DNA of 64,000 nucleotides from an uncultured beta proteobacterium (lineage in GTDB: Bacteria; Pseudomonadota; Gammaproteobacteria; Burkholderiales; Nitrosomonadaceae): the NCBI GenBank assembly GCA_900696615.1, contig CAADGS010000116.1, positions 148 through 64,147 of the forward strand, written 5' to 3'. Below the pieces are notes generated by a model. The model had not been told where the DNA came from, searched no databases, and saw only the letters and a program-made list of their open reading frames with translations. Below are positions 60,157 to 64,000 of this stretch, piece by piece (the first letter of the stretch is position 1; the number at the start of each line of letters is the position of its first letter). Both the position numbers and the translations under genes were made by a program.

Positions 60157-60265
60157 TATCTAGCCTCAAAATTTTTGCCTCGGGAAACACTCATTTAATC
60201 ATCGAGTATAAAAAGTACACGCTGTTCTAAAAATAATGGACGCGACATATCATGAGAACAGGTTA

Positions 60266-60727
60266 AGTTAATCGGTCACACCATTTCAGGATAGATTACA
60301 GTATGCAATAGTGATTCAATCTCCTCACCTTCTTTCTTGGACTTTATCCACCATACAGACCCTTTTTTATGCTCAACTCGGGCGGAATAACTGGAATTAA
60401 ATGACTGGCCACTTCACCCAATGTGGGCTGATGACCTACGATCAAAACAGGACGCTGAGAATATGGCCAATTTGCAGCTGTAAGTATGTTACTAAAGCTT
60501 GCACCAGGTCCAATCTCTATATTTGTCATGAAGTTAGATGTCAATGCAGATGCGGTTTGCTGAGTACGCAGCGCGGGACTTGCGATTACCAGCGTATTTT
60601 CCGGCAACTTCGATTTAAGCCAGTTTGCCATACGATTCGCTTGATCGACTCCTTTTTTCGTCAATTTACGTGACATATCCGGATAACTGTCCTCTGCTTC
60701 GGCGTGGCGCCATAAGATCAAGTCCAT
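60266..60727 (-). pseudogene. sixA: Phosphohistidine phosphatase SixA, interrupted by a -1 frameshift in a homopolymer
   Basis: N-terminus is MDLILWRHAEAE...GHQPTLGE. The ORF ends ...SIKKGLYGG*, but the shifted frame continues SVWWIKSKKEGEEIESLLHTVIYPEMV* to TGA 60266-60268. The shift maps to the T6/C3 run at 60360-60368. Confidence 0.7.
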
Positions 60728-60761
60728 ATAACTGTCGTTCTATAAAAAAATTTGTTGACAT

Positions 60762-61058
60762 TCAATTTTGCAATTCACTTAACAGTGTTTCAGGGTGATA
60801 ACTAGGTTGCTGAATAATTATAGTTTTCTGCCTACACCTATCGCCTCGCTTTAATATAACCTTAGAACTAGGAACGCCAAAGCATTCGGCAATAAATTTA
60901 ACCAGTACAGAGTTTGCTTTACCTTCTATAGGCGCTGCTGCTAATCTGATTTTAAGATATTCGCCATGTAATCCCGCAATTACAGTATTCTTTGCGCCTG
61001 TTTGAACATATATGTTTAGAATAAGATTATTCGTATTGTCATAGTAATACCAATTCAT
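60762..61058 (-). CDS. yggU: DUF167 (YggU) family protein
   Basis: LKIRLAAAPIEGKANSVLVKFIAECFGVPSSKVILKRGDRCRQKTIII. Confidence 0.85.
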   Translation of the reverse strand: MNWYYYDNTNNLILNIYVQTGAKNTVIAGLHGEYLKIRLAAAPIEGKANSVLVKFIAECFGVPSSKVILKRGDRCRQKTIIIQQPSYHPETLLSELQN

Positions 61059-61069
61059 ACATTTAAAAC

Positions 61070-61645
61070 TTACTGCAACATTGCAGCAATTTCCATATGT
61101 ATTCCGGCTACTATCATGAGCAGCAACTGGATGATGATCAAAACAAACAGTGGTGAAAGATCAACGTTGGCTATGGGTGGAATATATTTGCGAAAAGCAC
61201 TTAAGAAAGGGCGTGTAAAGCTATCAAGTAAAGGTGCTAAAGGACTATTTGGATTAATCCATGATAATACAGCCTGTAAGATAATCATCATCATTACAAT
61301 ATAAAGCGTAGTTTTGATAATCTCAACAATTCCGAGCAATCCCATGACACCGGATGCAGTACCGATATTGGCACCAAAGTTATAGTCCTGCATCATAAAA
61401 ACGCTCGTTACGATCACGCATTCCAATATCCAAGCTAAAATCAGAGTTGATAGATCAAGCCCGCCCCAACCGGGAACAAATCGTCGGGTCGGACGTACCA
61501 TAAAATCAGTGATAGCAATCAGAAACTGGGATATTGGATTGTAATAAGGAACGCGCAATAATTGAAAATAAAAGCGCAACAGCAGTGCTAGCGAGAATAA
61601 ACCCAGGATTGTATCAAGAAGAAAAAGTAGAATCTGATTGGACAT
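61070..61645 (-). CDS. yggT: YggT-family integral membrane protein
   Basis: Duplicated YggT repeat (LLRFYFQLLRVPYYNPISQFLIAITDFMVRPTRRF ... LSPLFVLIIIQLL). Confidence 0.85.
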   Translation of the reverse strand: MSNQILLFLLDTILGLFSLALLLRFYFQLLRVPYYNPISQFLIAITDFMVRPTRRFVPGWGGLDLSTLILAWILECVIVTSVFMMQDYNFGANIGTASGVMGLLGIVEIIKTTLYIVMMMIILQAVLSWINPNSPLAPLLDSFTRPFLSAFRKYIPPIANVDLSPLFVLIIIQLLLMIVAGIHMEIAAMLQ

Positions 61646-61708
61646 AACAATTTTCCAAAAAACTATAATTAGTCAAAACCTACAACTTGTCCATTCGCCT
61701 TATTGCAA

Positions 61709-62530
61709 TTAAATTTTGCTAAATTCATCACTCATCTGGCGTGAACGGAGGTTTGCTGCGTGAATAGCCGATATAATCTTACACTTAATATCGCTTTTTT
61801 CCATCATCAGAATTGCTTGCTCGGTTGTGCCGCCTTTCGATGTTACTCTGGCTCGTAAGATAGACGCATCTTCAGCACTTTCGCTAGCCAGCTTACTGGC
61901 ACCTAGAAACGTTTGCAAACTTAATTGCCTAGCTTGTTCTGCGCTTAGGCCCAGCTCTACTCCCGCTTGCTGCATAGATTCAATAAAATAAAATACATAA
62001 GCGGGACCACTTCCAGAAATCGCTGTTACAGCATGAAGCATTTCCTCATTTTCCAGCCATAATGTCGAACCTACCGCAGCAAGAATTGATTCGGCATTTA
62101 TTTTATCCAGTTCACTGACACATGCCGCAGCATATAATCCGGTAACACCTGCGCGCACTAGGGAAGGCGTGTTTGGCATCGCTCGAACTACTTTTTGATA
62201 GCCTTCTAACCAGCGGCTAATATCCACAGTTGATATGCCAGCTGCAATGGAGATTAACAACTGATCGGCCAGCATTGGCGCAAGCTTCTGAGCTAACTGA
62301 AAAAGCTGCTGAGGCTTCACTGATAATACAATAACATCACTCGTTATTGCTTCATTGGTAAGATCTGAAAATACAGAAATACCAAATGCTTGTTTTATTT
62401 TTTCGCAATTCTCGGCATTTATCTCTATTACGCGAAGTTGTTGAGCACTAAAGCCTTGCTGTAGCAACCCTCCGATTAATGCTGACGCCATATTACCGCC
62501 ACCAATAAATGTTATATTCATAGTATTCAA
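61709..62530 (-). CDS. proC: Pyrroline-5-carboxylate reductase
   Basis: ITFIGGGNMASALIGGL NADP fold, MPNTPSLV, C-terminal VTSKGGTTE. Confidence 0.95.
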   Translation of the reverse strand: MNTMNITFIGGGNMASALIGGLLQQGFSAQQLRVIEINAENCEKIKQAFGISVFSDLTNEAITSDVIVLSVKPQQLFQLAQKLAPMLADQLLISIAAGISTVDISRWLEGYQKVVRAMPNTPSLVRAGVTGLYAAACVSELDKINAESILAAVGSTLWLENEEMLHAVTAISGSGPAYVFYFIESMQQAGVELGLSAEQARQLSLQTFLGASKLASESAEDASILRARVTSKGGTTEQAILMMEKSDIKCKIISAIHAANLRSRQMSDEFSKI

Positions 62531-62596
62531 GCCATAACGTATTGTTTGAAATCTCTCAATATCATAATCAATTTAAAATTTAGAGCTATTATCTGG

Positions 62597-63427
62597 CTAA
62601 CGTTGACAATTTGGGCAAAAAAAACTAGATCGATGATTTTGCTTGAGTTGCTTAATCATATGATTGCATTGCATGCAACGTTGCCCCTCGCGTCCATAAA
62701 CCGCATAGTGCTGTTGAAAATATCCTGGGTTACCATCACTCTTAACAAAATCCCGCAGACTACTACCTCCAGCCTGGATTGCGCGTTGCAGGATATGTTT
62801 AATTGCCTGTACCAGCTTTTCATAACGCATCATACCAATTCTACCGGCAGCTATCTTTGGGTTAATACCCGCCAAGAATAAAGCTTCATTTGCATAAATA
62901 TTGCCAATGCCTGCAACAATCCGGCCGTTCAACAATGTCTGTTTGATACTTGCAAGACTATTTCTCGTTTTTTTTAATAACCATGGCGCATTAAAATCGG
63001 CCGTCAACGGTTCAGGTCCTAAATGAGTAAGCAGCGGATGCTGAAAAACATTGCCCGTGTGCCATAATACAGCTCCAAAACGGCGAGGATCTCGCAATCT
63101 TAAAATGGTTCGATCCGTTAAGATCACATCGAAATGATCATGCTTTCCCGGTAGCTCAGCAACGTCACCGGATGCTGTCAACAGTATTCTTAAACTCCCC
63201 GACATACCCAAATGAAGAATCAGTGTGCCCAAATTACAATCAATTAATAAATACTTGGCTCGTCTGGTTACATTTTGGATCTTTGCACCTGTCAATGTTT
63301 CCGGTAAATTATCTGGTATGGGCCAACGTAGGCTGGAATTACGGATAATTGCACCGGCGATTGTTTTCCCTTCGAGATAAGGCGCTATACCTTGCCGTGT
63401 TGTCTCGACTTCTGGCAGTTCAGGCAT
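62597..63427 (-). CDS. mutM: Formamidopyrimidine-DNA glycosylase
   Basis: [15 protein letters not shown]-terminus and C-terminal zinc finger C..C...........FFCPNCQ. Confidence 0.95.
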   Translation of the reverse strand: MPELPEVETTRQGIAPYLEGKTIAGAIIRNSSLRWPIPDNLPETLTGAKIQNVTRRAKYLLIDCNLGTLILHLGMSGSLRILLTASGDVAELPGKHDHFDVILTDRTILRLRDPRRFGAVLWHTGNVFQHPLLTHLGPEPLTADFNAPWLLKKTRNSLASIKQTLLNGRIVAGIGNIYANEALFLAGINPKIAAGRIGMMRYEKLVQAIKHILQRAIQAGGSSLRDFVKSDGNPGYFQQHYAVYGREGQRCMQCNHMIKQLKQNHRSSFFCPNCQR

Positions 63428-64000
63428 TATTGAGCAGATTTGCTTTCAGATGGAGCCAGCAATCGCTCACCCGTACCAATTGCAAAATGATAGCTTATTC
63501 CGGTATCAGTCCGAGAAAATACAATTTCATTTTCATTCTGCATGATTTTTAAATTGATTACTTGTCCGTCCCGCAGCCTGATTGTCAAATTATTGATCTC
63601 GACAAAATCATCAGTTAGCGCTTGTTCTTTTACTAAGGTCACCTCCCTCGCAGTTGCTGTCTGCCAAAATTGTACCCAATGCTCCGCATCTGCATCTTGT
63701 GGATTGTCGCCATTCTGGATAATGCCGTTCCAGCCTCCATTACTATGCTCTACGACCAGATGATTAAACTCGAATTTAACTGGAATTTCATCATCCGCCA
63801 GCAACTGCAGACTGATCAGACTGCTGGCTTTTATCGGCAGAGAAAGCGCATAATGTGGTGAAACTAAATAAACATAATCACTTGTCAGTACATATTGTTG
63901 ATTGGTAATAGGCGCATACCCGCCAAAACCAAAATAGTCTCCATCAAAATATAAATGTAGATTAGGGCGGTCCAAACCAAAACGCGCAAGATCTTGCAGC
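63427..64000 (-). CDS. Hypothetical protein, 5' end outside the window
   Basis: Frame is open to the window edge ([20 protein letters not shown]...). The stop overlaps the mutM start as TAATG. No family recognised. Confidence 0.5.
   Translation of the reverse strand, partial: LQDLARFGLDRPNLHLYFDGDYFGFGGYAPITNQQYVLTSDYVYLVSPHYALSLPIKASSLISLQLLADDEIPVKFEFNHLVVEHSNGGWNGIIQNGDNPQDADAEHWVQFWQTATAREVTLVKEQALTDDFVEINNLTIRLRDGQVINLKIMQNENEIVFSRTDTGISYHFAIGTGERLLAPSESKSAQ

Overview
The window is mostly a chromosomal backbone from an AT-rich proteobacterium. Gene content points to a betaproteobacterial ammonia oxidiser (Nitrosomonas-like), and a class I cytochrome c at 32185-32505 matches my memory of Nitrosomonas cytochrome c-552. 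This taxon call is inference only. Housekeeping genes recognised with confidence are ppsA/ppsR, lgt, ilvD, purL, nnr, dut, coaBC, radC, rpmB/rpmG, proC, mutM, yggT/yggU, tRNA-Gly(GCC), tRNA-Cys(GCA), and a two-subunit pyruvate-carboxylase-like pair. Accessory-looking blocks: (1) A BigR/SqrR-type sulfide-detoxification locus at 0.9-5.8 kb, with a DUF442 domain fused to a type II SQR. (2) A 1011-aa FG-GAP/ASPIC protein with an RTX C-terminus. (3) An exported-ankyrin, GDPD, GlpD, FGGY-kinase operon. (4) A paralogue cluster at 22.1-27.3 kb holding two ~450-aa outer-membrane beta-barrels and three copies of a small exported helical protein that I cannot assign to a family. Each small gene has the same 44-bp upstream module and its own terminator. 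(5) A peptidase-rich stretch at 39-46 kb: a ChaN/Tiki-like-PDZ protein plus an M1 peptidase, then an OMP, ECF sigma, ZAS anti-sigma and S8 subtilase unit. (6) An LpxK homologue with substituted catalytic motifs. (7) A decayed IS5/IS1182-like element next to a frameshifted sixA, a MITE-like element and a long inverted repeat. The best candidates for something undescribed are block (4) with its cis-element and the ECF/anti-sigma/subtilase unit. No CRISPR array, rRNA, prophage or recognisable defence system was seen.
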